The notes under the pieces: model-generated
What the model was told of the DNA's origin: nothing
Database searches by the model: none
The model's input: the letters and a program-made list of their open reading frames with translations, nothing else
Made by a program: the position numbers and the translations under genes
Shown here: positions 17,962 through 26,374 of the stretch, piece by piece
Position numbering within the stretch: position 1 is the first letter of the stretch
Layout of the letters: each line of letters begins with the position of its first letter
Source of the DNA: an uncultured Alphaproteobacteria bacterium
Lineage (GTDB): Bacteria; Pseudomonadota; Alphaproteobacteria; Bin95
Reading direction: 5' to 3'
NCBI GenBank assembly: GCA_938083135.1
Contig: CALLKY010000066.1
Location: forward strand, 3,764 to 67,763
DNA length: 64,000 nt

Positions 17962-19211
17962 TGCTGGACGAGCCCGCAAATGTGCTGCGGGAGCCCGCGT
18001 CTGAGGATGGCCGACTGGCGGAAAACGTCGCCCATTTCGTCCGTGCCCTCCGCCGTGCTGGGCTGCCGGTCGGGCCAGGGCATGTCCTCAGAGCGGTCGA
18101 GGCGCTTCGCACAATCGATATCATGGACCGTGAAGAATTTTATTGGGCGCTGCATGCCAGCCTGATCACGCGGCAAGGCCAGCGCGAAGTTTTCGACCAA
18201 GCGTTCCATATGTTCTGGCGCAGCCCAGACTATCTTGAGCGCATGATGGGCATGCTGCTGCCGACGCTGAAGGTCGAAGACGAAGCGCCCGCAGACAAAC
18301 GTGAACTTTCCCGCCGTGTCGCCGATGCACTGGCCCCTGCCCCACCGCAAGCGCCAGAGGGTAAGCCACAGGAAGAGCTTGAAGTCGATGCATCGATGAC
18401 GTTCTCGACCAGCGAGGTCCTGAAAACTATCGATTTCGACAGCATGTCGGCAGATGAGGAGGCCGCCGCCAAACGCGCCATGGCCCGCCTCACCCTGCCC
18501 TTGCAGGACTTACCAACGCGCCGCTTTCGTCCCGATGCAGACGGACGCCGTGCCGACCTCCGCGCCAGTTTACGCTCAGCACTTAGGGGCGGGCCCGGCG
18601 TCATTCCTTTGAAGCGCAAAACGCCGCGCACCCGCCCGCCACCCCTGGTCGCACTGTGCGATATCTCAGGCTCTATGGCCCGATACTCCAGGATGCTGCT
18701 GCATTTTCTGCACGCGCTGAGCTCAGACCGGGACCGCGTCCACAGCTTTGTATTCGGCACCCGCCTAACAAATGTCACCCGCCATCTGCGCGGGCGCGAC
18801 GTTGATTTGGCACTGGAGCAAGTGGCAAAATCCGTGGACGATTGGGAAGGCGGCACCCGCATCGGCTGGTGTCTGGAGCGCTTCAACAAGGAATGGTCCC
18901 GCCGCGTATTGGGCCAGGGTGCAGTTGTTCTGCTGATCACGGATGGCCTTGATCGCGAGTCTAACGAGGTGCTCGCGGCGGAAGCAGAGAGGCTTGCTAA
19001 ATCGTGCAGAAGGCTTATCTGGCTAAATCCGCTTTTGCGCTATGATGGGTTTGAGCCGAAGGCTGGCGGCGTGCGCGCAATCCTTCCACATGTGGACGAA
19101 TTCCGCGCGACGCATAACTTAGAGAGCTTGGAGGCGTTGGCAGCTGCATTGAGCGGCCCAGCGCCTGTACTTGGGGCAAGAGGAGCAGATCAATGGCTGC
19201 GACAGATGTAA
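17961..19211 (+). CDS. coxE: VWA-domain protein (CoxE-like)
   Basis: MIDAS DISGSM, FGTRLT, GGTRIG, ITDGLD, WLNPL. Confidence 0.9.
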   Translation: MLDEPANVLREPASEDGRLAENVAHFVRALRRAGLPVGPGHVLRAVEALRTIDIMDREEFYWALHASLITRQGQREVFDQAFHMFWRSPDYLERMMGMLLPTLKVEDEAPADKRELSRRVADALAPAPPQAPEGKPQEELEVDASMTFSTSEVLKTIDFDSMSADEEAAAKRAMARLTLPLQDLPTRRFRPDADGRRADLRASLRSALRGGPGVIPLKRKTPRTRPPPLVALCDISGSMARYSRMLLHFLHALSSDRDRVHSFVFGTRLTNVTRHLRGRDVDLALEQVAKSVDDWEGGTRIGWCLERFNKEWSRRVLGQGAVVLLITDGLDRESNEVLAAEAERLAKSCRRLIWLNPLLRYDGFEPKAGGVRAILPHVDEFRATHNLESLEALAAALSGPAPVLGARGADQWLRQM

Positions 19212-19549
19212 CGTCCACGATAGGACCAGCGGAAACACACGAAATTATTGGCCAAGCACAAGTTTGGCGACGCGCCAAGAAAGGCGTGGCCATTGCGACG
19301 GTGGTCTCCACCTGGGGCTCCAGCCCCCGCGCAATTGGCTCACAACTGGTCGTGAATTCGGACGGCGCATTCCTGGGCTCTGTGTCCGGCGGTTGCATTG
19401 AAGGCGCTGTCGTCACCGAAGCGTTAGATGTGATTGAGGACGGCAAACCCCGGATGCTGGATTTCGGCGTCACGGACGCACAGGCCTGGGAAGTTGGTTT
19501 GGCATGCGGCGGCAAAGTCGAAGTGTTTGTTGAACGGGTTGGCCAATGA
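19193..19549 (+). CDS. XdhC/CoxF family protein, N-terminal part
   Basis: TWGSSPR, GSVSGGCIEG, WEVGLACGG. Confidence 0.9.
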   Translation: MAATDVTSTIGPAETHEIIGQAQVWRRAKKGVAIATVVSTWGSSPRAIGSQLVVNSDGAFLGSVSGGCIEGAVVTEALDVIEDGKPRMLDFGVTDAQAWEVGLACGGKVEVFVERVGQ

Positions 19550-20247
19550 GGTCCAAAACACTTGATAGGCTAGCGACCCTTGCCCAGGAAAAGCAGCCAA
19601 CCGCACGGGTCGTCCGCATCTCTGACGGTCGGGAAACGCTTGTACGCCCGGACCGGGTTGAAGGCGACCTTGATGCGCCGTCAGACGTCATTGTAGCAGC
19701 CCGCGAAGCCCTTCGGAGCGACCGGTCCGGCATGGTCCCGCACGGTAATGAGCGGTACTTCATCCATGTGCATAATCCACCGAGACGGATGATCATCGTC
19801 GGTGCCGTGCATATCTCGCAGCCTCTAGTCGCAATGGCGCGGGAGGCTGGGTTCGACGTGACGGTGATTGATCCGCGCGGCGCATTCGCCACCGTCGAGC
19901 GGTTTCCTGATGTAACACTGATGGACGATTGGCCGGACGACGCCATGGGTGCCCTTAAGCTTGATACACGCACGGCTGTGGTCACCCTAACCCATGACCC
20001 CAAGATTGATGATCCAGCCCTCGCTGCTGCAATGCATTCGCCTGCCTTCTATATTGGCGCGCTTGGCAGCCGCAAAACCCATGCGAGCCGATTGATCCGC
20101 CTTCGGGATCAAGGTTTTGATAGCCGCAAGCTTGACCGCATTCACGGCCCCATTGGCCTGAATCTTGGTGGGAGAGCACCGGCAGAGATCGCCGTTTCCA
20201 TTCTGGCGGAAGCGCTGATGACCCTGCATGGCGGCAGCGTGAAGTGA
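19546..20247 (+). CDS. XdhC family protein, Rossmann C-terminal part
   Basis: GAVHIS, LTHDPKIDD, YIGALGSRKTH, IHGPIGL, PAEIAVSI. Confidence 0.9.
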   Translation: MRSKTLDRLATLAQEKQPTARVVRISDGRETLVRPDRVEGDLDAPSDVIVAAREALRSDRSGMVPHGNERYFIHVHNPPRRMIIVGAVHISQPLVAMAREAGFDVTVIDPRGAFATVERFPDVTLMDDWPDDAMGALKLDTRTAVVTLTHDPKIDDPALAAAMHSPAFYIGALGSRKTHASRLIRLRDQGFDSRKLDRIHGPIGLNLGGRAPAEIAVSILAEALMTLHGGSVK

Positions 20248-21887
20248 GGTTCGGGCCGGAACCGGCAAGCGAGGCGGCAGGCGCATATCTGGCCCACTCA
20301 ATCCGGCTGGACCGCCGGACCTTCAAAAAAGGCCGCCTGCTTTCCGCCGACGACATCAAGGTCTTGGTCGCCGATGGCGTTGGCGAGGTCACTGTCGCGC
20401 GGCTTGAAGATAGCGATGTCCATGAAGACAAAGCAGCCGCGCGCCTGGCGGCAGCCTTGGCAGGCAGCGGCCTAAAGATCAGCGCCGCATTCACCGGCCG
20501 CGTGAACCTGATTGCGGATTGCAGCGGCGTGCTGACCGTAGACGCTGATTGCATTAACCGCATCAACGCCGTGCATGAAAGCGTCACCGTTGCCACACTT
20601 GCCGCTTATGCAGCAGTAAGCCCAAGGCAGATGGCAGCGACGATCAAGATCATTCCGTTTGCAGCGCCGGAATGGGCCGTCGCCGAAGCGGAAGCCATCG
20701 CGAGCGCAAGCGCACAAGCCCTCGCCGCCCATCCATACCGCCCAATTCGTGCGGCATTGATCCAATCGACCCTGCCAACGGTGAAACCAAGCGTCCTTGA
20801 TAAAACCGTGGACGTGACTGCAGCCCGGCTTACAGCGCTTGGCGGCGTTCTCGTTGATGAGCGCCGCGCACCCCACGATGCAACAGCAATCGCCGACGCC
20901 ATAAAGGCGGCAGATACGGTCGAGGCAGATATCCTGTTAATCGCGGGCGCATCCGCAATCGTTGATCGGGCCGACGCCCTGCCAGCAGGGATCGAGCAAG
21001 CCGGCGGCACTGTGCTGCATTTCGGCATGCCAGTTGATCCAGGCAATCTCATTATGCTGGCAGAGCGGAACGGCAAGCCCGTGATCGGCCTGCCCGGCTG
21101 CGCGCGCTCCCCCAAATTGAACGGTTTTGACTGGGTGTTGCAGCGATTTGCAGCAGGCGTGCCAGTAACGCCGCAGGATATTCAGGCCATGGGCGTCGGC
21201 GGGCTTTTGGCTGAAATCGGCGCGCGCCCATTGCCCCGCGCTGAAGCCACCCGCACGCCCGCAGACACGCAGCACGCCCCCAAAGTCGCTGCCATGGTGC
21301 TTGCCGCTGGGCAGTCCCGCCGCATGGGCCAAGCGAACAAGCTGCTGGAAGCGGTTGATGGCCGGGCGATGGTCGTCACCGCCGTTGAAGCCGCGCTGGC
21401 GGCGGACGTTTCCAGCGTTACGGTCATCACGGGCCATGAAGCGGATGCGGTGCAGGCAGCCCTTGCAGGCAAACCAGTCCGCTTCGTCCACAATCCGGAT
21501 TACGCAGACGGCCTCAGCGCATCGCTCAAGACCGCTGCCGCCAATGCGCCAGACACCGCAGATGCCATGATCGTGCTGCTCGGCGACATGCCAGACGTCA
21601 CCTCTGCCCATGTCGATCGCCTGATCGCTGCATTTAATCCGCTAGAAGGGCGCGCGATTTGCGTGCCGACTGTTGGCGGCAAACGCGGCAATCCCGTGCT
21701 TTGGGCCAAGCGATTCTTGGCAGAAATGCTGGCACTGCGGGGCGATGTTGGTGCCAAACACTTGATCGGCCAAAACGAAGATGTTGTGGCCGAGGTCGAG
21801 ATGGGCGACGCTGGCGTTCTGAACGATGTTGATACGCCAGAAGCGCTCGCCACAGTCAGAACACGCAGCAATTCCGGTTCTGAATAA
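20244..21887 (+). CDS. molybdopterin-binding domain fused to molybdenum cofactor cytidylyltransferase (MocA-like)
   Basis: GMPVDPGNL, GLPGCARSPK; C-terminal LAAGQSRRMG..NKL, LGDMP, GNPVLW, GDVGAK, DVDTPE. Confidence 0.88.
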   Translation: MRFGPEPASEAAGAYLAHSIRLDRRTFKKGRLLSADDIKVLVADGVGEVTVARLEDSDVHEDKAAARLAAALAGSGLKISAAFTGRVNLIADCSGVLTVDADCINRINAVHESVTVATLAAYAAVSPRQMAATIKIIPFAAPEWAVAEAEAIASASAQALAAHPYRPIRAALIQSTLPTVKPSVLDKTVDVTAARLTALGGVLVDERRAPHDATAIADAIKAADTVEADILLIAGASAIVDRADALPAGIEQAGGTVLHFGMPVDPGNLIMLAERNGKPVIGLPGCARSPKLNGFDWVLQRFAAGVPVTPQDIQAMGVGGLLAEIGARPLPRAEATRTPADTQHAPKVAAMVLAAGQSRRMGQANKLLEAVDGRAMVVTAVEAALAADVSSVTVITGHEADAVQAALAGKPVRFVHNPDYADGLSASLKTAAANAPDTADAMIVLLGDMPDVTSAHVDRLIAAFNPLEGRAICVPTVGGKRGNPVLWAKRFLAEMLALRGDVGAKHLIGQNEDVVAEVEMGDAGVLNDVDTPEALATVRTRSNSGSE

Positions 21888-21932
21888 TCTCCGCTAAGAT
21901 ACAGCGAAATATAATGATGAGGATTCTGTTTC

Positions 21933-22514
21933 ATGTCTGAAGGCGTCAATCGCCAGGAAGCCATTCCGGCCCTGCTGGCAGACCATAAATCCGCCCTGAT
22001 TGTGACCGGCCTCGCTGGGTCCGCCAAAGATATTGGCGCGCTGACAGAAGACGGCGACCACACATTCACCATGGCGGGTGCCATGGGTGGTGCCACTGCC
22101 ATGGGCCTTGGCCTTGCGTTGGCGCAGCCAGATCGCAAAGTCATCGTGGTGACAGGCGACGGGGAACTTCTGATGAATGTTTCCTCATTGGCGACCGTCG
22201 CCGTTGCCAAAGCGCCAAACCTGTCAATCGTTTGCGTCGATAATGGCCATTACCAAGAGACCGGCAATCAGGCGAGCCACACCTCCAGAGGTGTTGATCT
22301 TGGCGCTATCGCAGCCGGATCGGGCATCAAAACCTGCCGCACGGTGACGACGATGGCGGAAGTAGAAGACGCCCGCAGCCTGCTCGCCGGTGCCAATGAC
22401 ACCTGCTTCATCCACCTGAAAATTGATGGCACACCGCCACCGGTGTTCAAGCGCGATATGGATGCAGCCAATGTGAAGACGCGCTTCCGAAAAGCCCTGC
22501 TCGGCACAGCCTGA
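21933..22514 (+). CDS. ThDP-binding subunit (sulfopyruvate/phosphonopyruvate decarboxylase beta-like)
   Basis: GAMGG..MGLGLALAQP, GDGELLMN...DN ThDP/Mg motif; only 193 aa. Confidence 0.82.
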   Translation: MSEGVNRQEAIPALLADHKSALIVTGLAGSAKDIGALTEDGDHTFTMAGAMGGATAMGLGLALAQPDRKVIVVTGDGELLMNVSSLATVAVAKAPNLSIVCVDNGHYQETGNQASHTSRGVDLGAIAAGSGIKTCRTVTTMAEVEDARSLLAGANDTCFIHLKIDGTPPPVFKRDMDAANVKTRFRKALLGTA

Positions 22515-22520
22515 CCCTTC

Positions 22521-23018
22521 ATGGCGACACAGGCTTATTTCACGTTACTGGCGGACTACAATGCCTGGGCCAATGCCCGGCTCTATGATGCTGCAGCCGA
22601 ATTGTCAGATACCGACTATCGCAAGGATATGGGTGCCTTTTTCGGCTCCCTGCACAATACGCTGAACCATATTCTTGTGGGTGACCGGATTTGGTTTCAG
22701 CGGGTTGAGGGTGCGGGAGATGCGCCAAGAACGCTTGACGCGTTGCTCTTTGAAAATTTCGCAGATCTTCGGACTGCCAGGGAAGCCGAAGACGTCCGCA
22801 TCAAGAGTGTTATCACTAAACTGAGTGATGCCGCTATCGCAGGAACGTTCGATTACACGAACCTCCGCACTGGTGATCATTTCACGGACCAACCGCTTGC
22901 GCCAACGCTGGCCCATATCTTCAATCACCAGACGCATCATCGTGGGCAGGCGCACACATTACTGTCCCAGCTTGGCAGAAATCCGCCAGAACTCGACATC
23001 CTTTATTTCATTCGGTGA
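22521..23018 (+). CDS. DinB/YfiT-family metalloprotein
   Basis: YNAWANARL, TLNHILVGDRIW, HIFNHQTHHRGQ. Confidence 0.92.
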   Translation: MATQAYFTLLADYNAWANARLYDAAAELSDTDYRKDMGAFFGSLHNTLNHILVGDRIWFQRVEGAGDAPRTLDALLFENFADLRTAREAEDVRIKSVITKLSDAAIAGTFDYTNLRTGDHFTDQPLAPTLAHIFNHQTHHRGQAHTLLSQLGRNPPELDILYFIR

Positions 23019-23057
23019 ACCCATTGTGGTCTCGCTAGGTCGCCTTATACTTCCTTG

Positions 23058-23240
23058 CAGCAAGCGCGCTCGGGGTGTGATTCCCTGGGGCGCACGGGAA
23101 GCCGGTGCGGTGGAATTTTCCGCTCAGTCCGGCGCGGCCCCCGCCGCTGTAACGAATGCGGCTGTGTCCATCACGTCACTGGCGACGAGCTGGGAAGGCG
23201 GACGCGGTAACCTTCGGAGCCAGAAGACCGGCTTGCGCTA
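23058..23240 (+). ncRNA. cobalamin (B12) riboswitch
   Basis: Conserved blocks in order: GGGAAGCCGGTGCG...TCCGGCGCGGCCCCCGCCGCTGTAA...GTCACTGG...GGGAAGG...GAGCCAGAAGACCGGC (B12 box). Confidence 0.9.
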
Positions 23241-23288
23241 AACCCCTTAACGGAGATGCGGGTGGCGTCTCTCATGGAGAATAAACCT

Positions 23289-23492
23289 ATGCGTATTTTT
23301 GCTTCCAGCCTGCTGCTTGCCGCAGTGGCGCTTCCTGCCTATGCCCATCCAGGCCATGAGGCCGGTGCTTTGGGTGCTGCCCACGACATGCTGCACGCAT
23401 TTGGCGGCCTCGACACGATCGCGCTGATGGCGTTGGTTGCTGTTGGTTTCGTGACGTTCCGCATCGCCAAAGCCGCTAAAGCCCGCCGTTAA
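23289..23492 (+). CDS. 67-aa His-rich membrane mini-protein resembling the HupE/UreJ N-terminus
   Basis: GGAGA RBS; signal peptide AYA|HPGH; HDMLHAFGGLD then one TM helix and a basic tail; directly behind the B12 riboswitch. Confidence 0.7.
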   Translation: MRIFASSLLLAAVALPAYAHPGHEAGALGAAHDMLHAFGGLDTIALMALVAVGFVTFRIAKAAKARR

Positions 23493-23507
23493 ACTCGGGC
23501 TAAATAC

Positions 23508-23780
23508 CTAAACCCGGCGCTGCCCCTCAGGCAAAGGCTTGTCATCGGCAGCGTCGGGACCCGAATTGGGGCGTTTTTTGCGGATGATAATATCGCCCTC
23601 AGGCGTAATCTCCGGCGCTTCATATCCCGGTATAGCGCCAATGAAACGCTCCATCAGATTAAGCGCCCGCTGCATAGCCTCATCAACGCGCTGACCAACG
23701 GACGGTTCTTCCGCCCGCGCCGCCGGTGACGCTGCCAAGGCTAGCGCCAACACGGCTACCGCTGCTGTTTTCTTCCACAT
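23508..23780 (-). CDS. small exported hypothetical protein
   Basis: Signal peptide ARA|EE; YEAPEITPEGDIIIRK motif. Confidence 0.65.
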   Translation of the reverse strand: MWKKTAAVAVLALALAASPAARAEEPSVGQRVDEAMQRALNLMERFIGAIPGYEAPEITPEGDIIIRKKRPNSGPDAADDKPLPEGQRRV

Positions 23781-23804
23781 GCCCGAAATATGGCGATTGA
23801 GCGC

Positions 23805-24506
23805 TTAAAGTCCAAGCGATCTCTCAAAAAAGGCCTTGGTCCGGTCATTCGCCAGCATCCGCATGGCTGGCACATCAGCACTTGCTCCCTCGCGGGCGAA
23901 TGCGTGGTTGGTGTCCTCATAAACATGGGTTTCAACGCCTGCGATGGGGCCAAGTCCGGCTTCTAGCGCACGCTGAACTGGCAATGGCGTCCAGGGATCA
24001 ATACCGCCGATATGCAGCAGCATGGGCGTTTTCAGATTGTCGGCCTCTTTCAAGTATCCTTCGATCCCAACGCCGTAATAGCTGACATTTGCATCTGCCG
24101 ATCCGCGCACGCCGGAGAGATAGGCCAGCAGCCCACCGAGGCAATATCCAGACGTCGCGACCTTGCCAGAACATTCCGACATACCGCGCAAATGCGCCAC
24201 ACAGGCTTCGACATCTTTGGCCGCCAGGTCAACATCCATGCCCTCACGGGTTTTCAGGGCCTGTTCACGATGGCCATCGGTCTCCGGGTCCAATTCAATA
24301 CCGGGCCGAATTCGCCAGTATAGATCTGGCGCCAACACAATCAGCCCTTGCTCCGCCCAATGGTCAGCAATGCGACGGATGAAGCGATTGACGCCAAACA
24401 CCTCCATCAGGATTACCACTGCAGGTGCAGGGCCAGTGACATTCTTGGGCATGGCCACATATGCGCCCATGGCACCGTCACCGGTCACAACCTTCGCATT
24501 CAGCAT
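23805..24506 (-). CDS. dienelactone hydrolase family protein
   Basis: EVFGVN, APDLYWR, GYCLGG nucleophile, HAF; AGGAG RBS before ATG 24506. Confidence 0.9.
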   Translation of the reverse strand: MLNAKVVTGDGAMGAYVAMPKNVTGPAPAVVILMEVFGVNRFIRRIADHWAEQGLIVLAPDLYWRIRPGIELDPETDGHREQALKTREGMDVDLAAKDVEACVAHLRGMSECSGKVATSGYCLGGLLAYLSGVRGSADANVSYYGVGIEGYLKEADNLKTPMLLHIGGIDPWTPLPVQRALEAGLGPIAGVETHVYEDTNHAFAREGASADVPAMRMLANDRTKAFFERSLGL

Positions 24507-24589
24507 GAATTCTCTCCTGTTGTCTTGATCCATTGTTCAAGCGCAGCATAGCGGGAATTTGGAAGCCTGCGCGAGAGGGAGCCGCATCA

Positions 24590-25207
24590 ATGGCCATGCA
24601 CAATTTCACAGATCTGATCACAGCCTATGCCTGGACATCCCATGATGGCCGCCGGTCTGCAATCGGGAAAAGCATTTGGCAATGGTATGGCAAAACCAAA
24701 TCCGTATTGGTCATCGACCTCTGCGGATTCAGCAAGAGCTCCACGGATAAGGCCAGCATCCTGGATTTCCTGGCCGTTATCCGCCGCATGCAAGCTGCCG
24801 CACGCCCACTGGTCTGGCTGTATGAGGGCGACATTGTGAAGATGGAGGCGGACAATTGCTTCGCCGTATTCGATACCCCGGACCAAGCCGTGATGGCCGC
24901 ACTTGATCTGGTCAGCGCGTCCGAGACAATTCGCGAAGATGAAGGTCTGGACCTCAGGCTTTGCTGTGGCATTGAGCATGGAGAAATCTTGTACCTGGAA
25001 GAAGAAGACTTCTTCGGAATGCCCGTAAATGCTGCGTCCAGACTTGGGGAAGATGTAGCAAACGCAGATGAGGTGCTTGTCGGCCCAGGCGCAGTCGCCG
25101 CACTTGCGGGGCATGGGGAAGATTGGACTGTGACGCCGCATCCAGCAGGGACTGTCGCCTTGGAGAGTGAGGTCGTCTGCGTCAAACGCGAATCCACAAA
25201 AGCATGA
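24590..25207 (+). CDS. single-domain class III adenylate cyclase-like protein
   Basis: VIDLCGFS, VKMEADN, GIEHGEI, DFFGMPVNAASRL. Confidence 0.85.
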   Translation: MAMHNFTDLITAYAWTSHDGRRSAIGKSIWQWYGKTKSVLVIDLCGFSKSSTDKASILDFLAVIRRMQAAARPLVWLYEGDIVKMEADNCFAVFDTPDQAVMAALDLVSASETIREDEGLDLRLCCGIEHGEILYLEEEDFFGMPVNAASRLGEDVANADEVLVGPGAVAALAGHGEDWTVTPHPAGTVALESEVVCVKRESTKA

Positions 25208-25278
25208 ACTTGCAGAATCGGCCCGAACCCTTGATAAATGCCTCCAGACGAAATCGACAAATGGGAGGTCTCACGACC

Positions 25279-26283
25279 ATGCGTAAGATTCTATTGGCGG
25301 CTGTCGCCGCCACCGGCCTGCTCGCGACGAGTGTTGCACAGGCGCAGACGCCGACATTCTTCCGGATTGTTTCCGGCAGTGCGGGCGGCAACTACTTCCC
25401 GATGGCCGGTCTTTTGGCGAACGCCATCTCTAACCCGCCCGGTTCACGTGCTTGCGATAAAGGCGGCAGCTGCGGCGTCGCTGGCCTGATCGCTATCGCA
25501 CAGTCCGCCAATGGCTCCGTTGCGAATGTAAACGCGATCCAGTCTGGCGCTGCTGAATCCGGCCTCGCACAGTCCGACGTTGCGTTCTGGGCCTATACCG
25601 GCACAGGCGTGTTCGAAGGCAAGGCTCCGCTGAAGAAGCTGCGCGCTATCGCAACGCTCTATCCTGAGCACATTCATGTTGTTCTGCCGAACGATTCCGT
25701 GCTGGCAGCGCCAAAGAGCCTGAAAGGCAAGCGCGTTGGCGTTGGCCTCCCAGCATCTGGCGCACAGGTTGGCGCTCTGCTCATTCTTGAAGCCGCTGGC
25801 CTCAAGAAGAACGTTGACTACATTGCTGAGGAACTGAACACCTCACAGTCTGCTGAACGCTTGGCCGATGGTCAGCTTGATGCATTCTTGACCGTGACCG
25901 GCGCTCCATCTGCCGGCATTGCACAGCTGGCATCTACTGCTGGCATGAAGCTGATGAGCCTGCCGGATCCGATCCAACAGGCCGTTATCGCAAAAGCGCC
26001 GTTCTACTTCTCCTCGCCAATTCCACAGTCCGCTTACGAAAGCATGCCTACTGATGTGAGCACGCTGGCTGTTGCAGCGCAGTGGTTGGTGTCTTCTGAT
26101 CAGTCCGAAGAGCTGGTCTATGGCATCACCAAGGCGCTTTGGAACAAGAACACCCGCAAGCTGCTGGACCGTGGCCACGCCAAGGGCAAAGACGTACAGA
26201 CAACGTCTGCACTGGACGCCATCGGCATCCCACTGCACCCGGGTGCAGAGCGTTTCTACAAAGAAGCTGGCCTCCTCAAGTAA
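25279..26283 (+). CDS. TAXI-family TRAP transporter solute-binding protein
   Basis: Signal peptide; GSAGGNYF, GSVANV, QSDVA, LYPEHIH, IPLHPGAERFY. Confidence 0.92.
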   Translation: MRKILLAAVAATGLLATSVAQAQTPTFFRIVSGSAGGNYFPMAGLLANAISNPPGSRACDKGGSCGVAGLIAIAQSANGSVANVNAIQSGAAESGLAQSDVAFWAYTGTGVFEGKAPLKKLRAIATLYPEHIHVVLPNDSVLAAPKSLKGKRVGVGLPASGAQVGALLILEAAGLKKNVDYIAEELNTSQSAERLADGQLDAFLTVTGAPSAGIAQLASTAGMKLMSLPDPIQQAVIAKAPFYFSSPIPQSAYESMPTDVSTLAVAAQWLVSSDQSEELVYGITKALWNKNTRKLLDRGHAKGKDVQTTSALDAIGIPLHPGAERFYKEAGLLK

Positions 26284-26307
26284 GCCGCTTCTAGACGATA
26301 TCGACTA

Positions 26308-26349
26308 GCGGCCCGGCTGTTCCAATGAGCAGCCGGGCCGTTCTTTTTT
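26308..26349 (+). terminator. intrinsic terminator or stabilising hairpin after the TAXI gene
   Basis: GCGGCCCGGCTGTTC-CAAT-GAGCAGCCGGGCCGT followed by TCTTTTTT. Confidence 0.75.
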
Positions 26350-26374
26350 GCACGCATTCCGCAGGCATTTCACC

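Noticed and set aside
23041-23241. ORF 22825-23241 extending across the dinB downstream region
   Set aside because: Overlaps dinB out of frame, and the region is explained by the cobalamin riboswitch.
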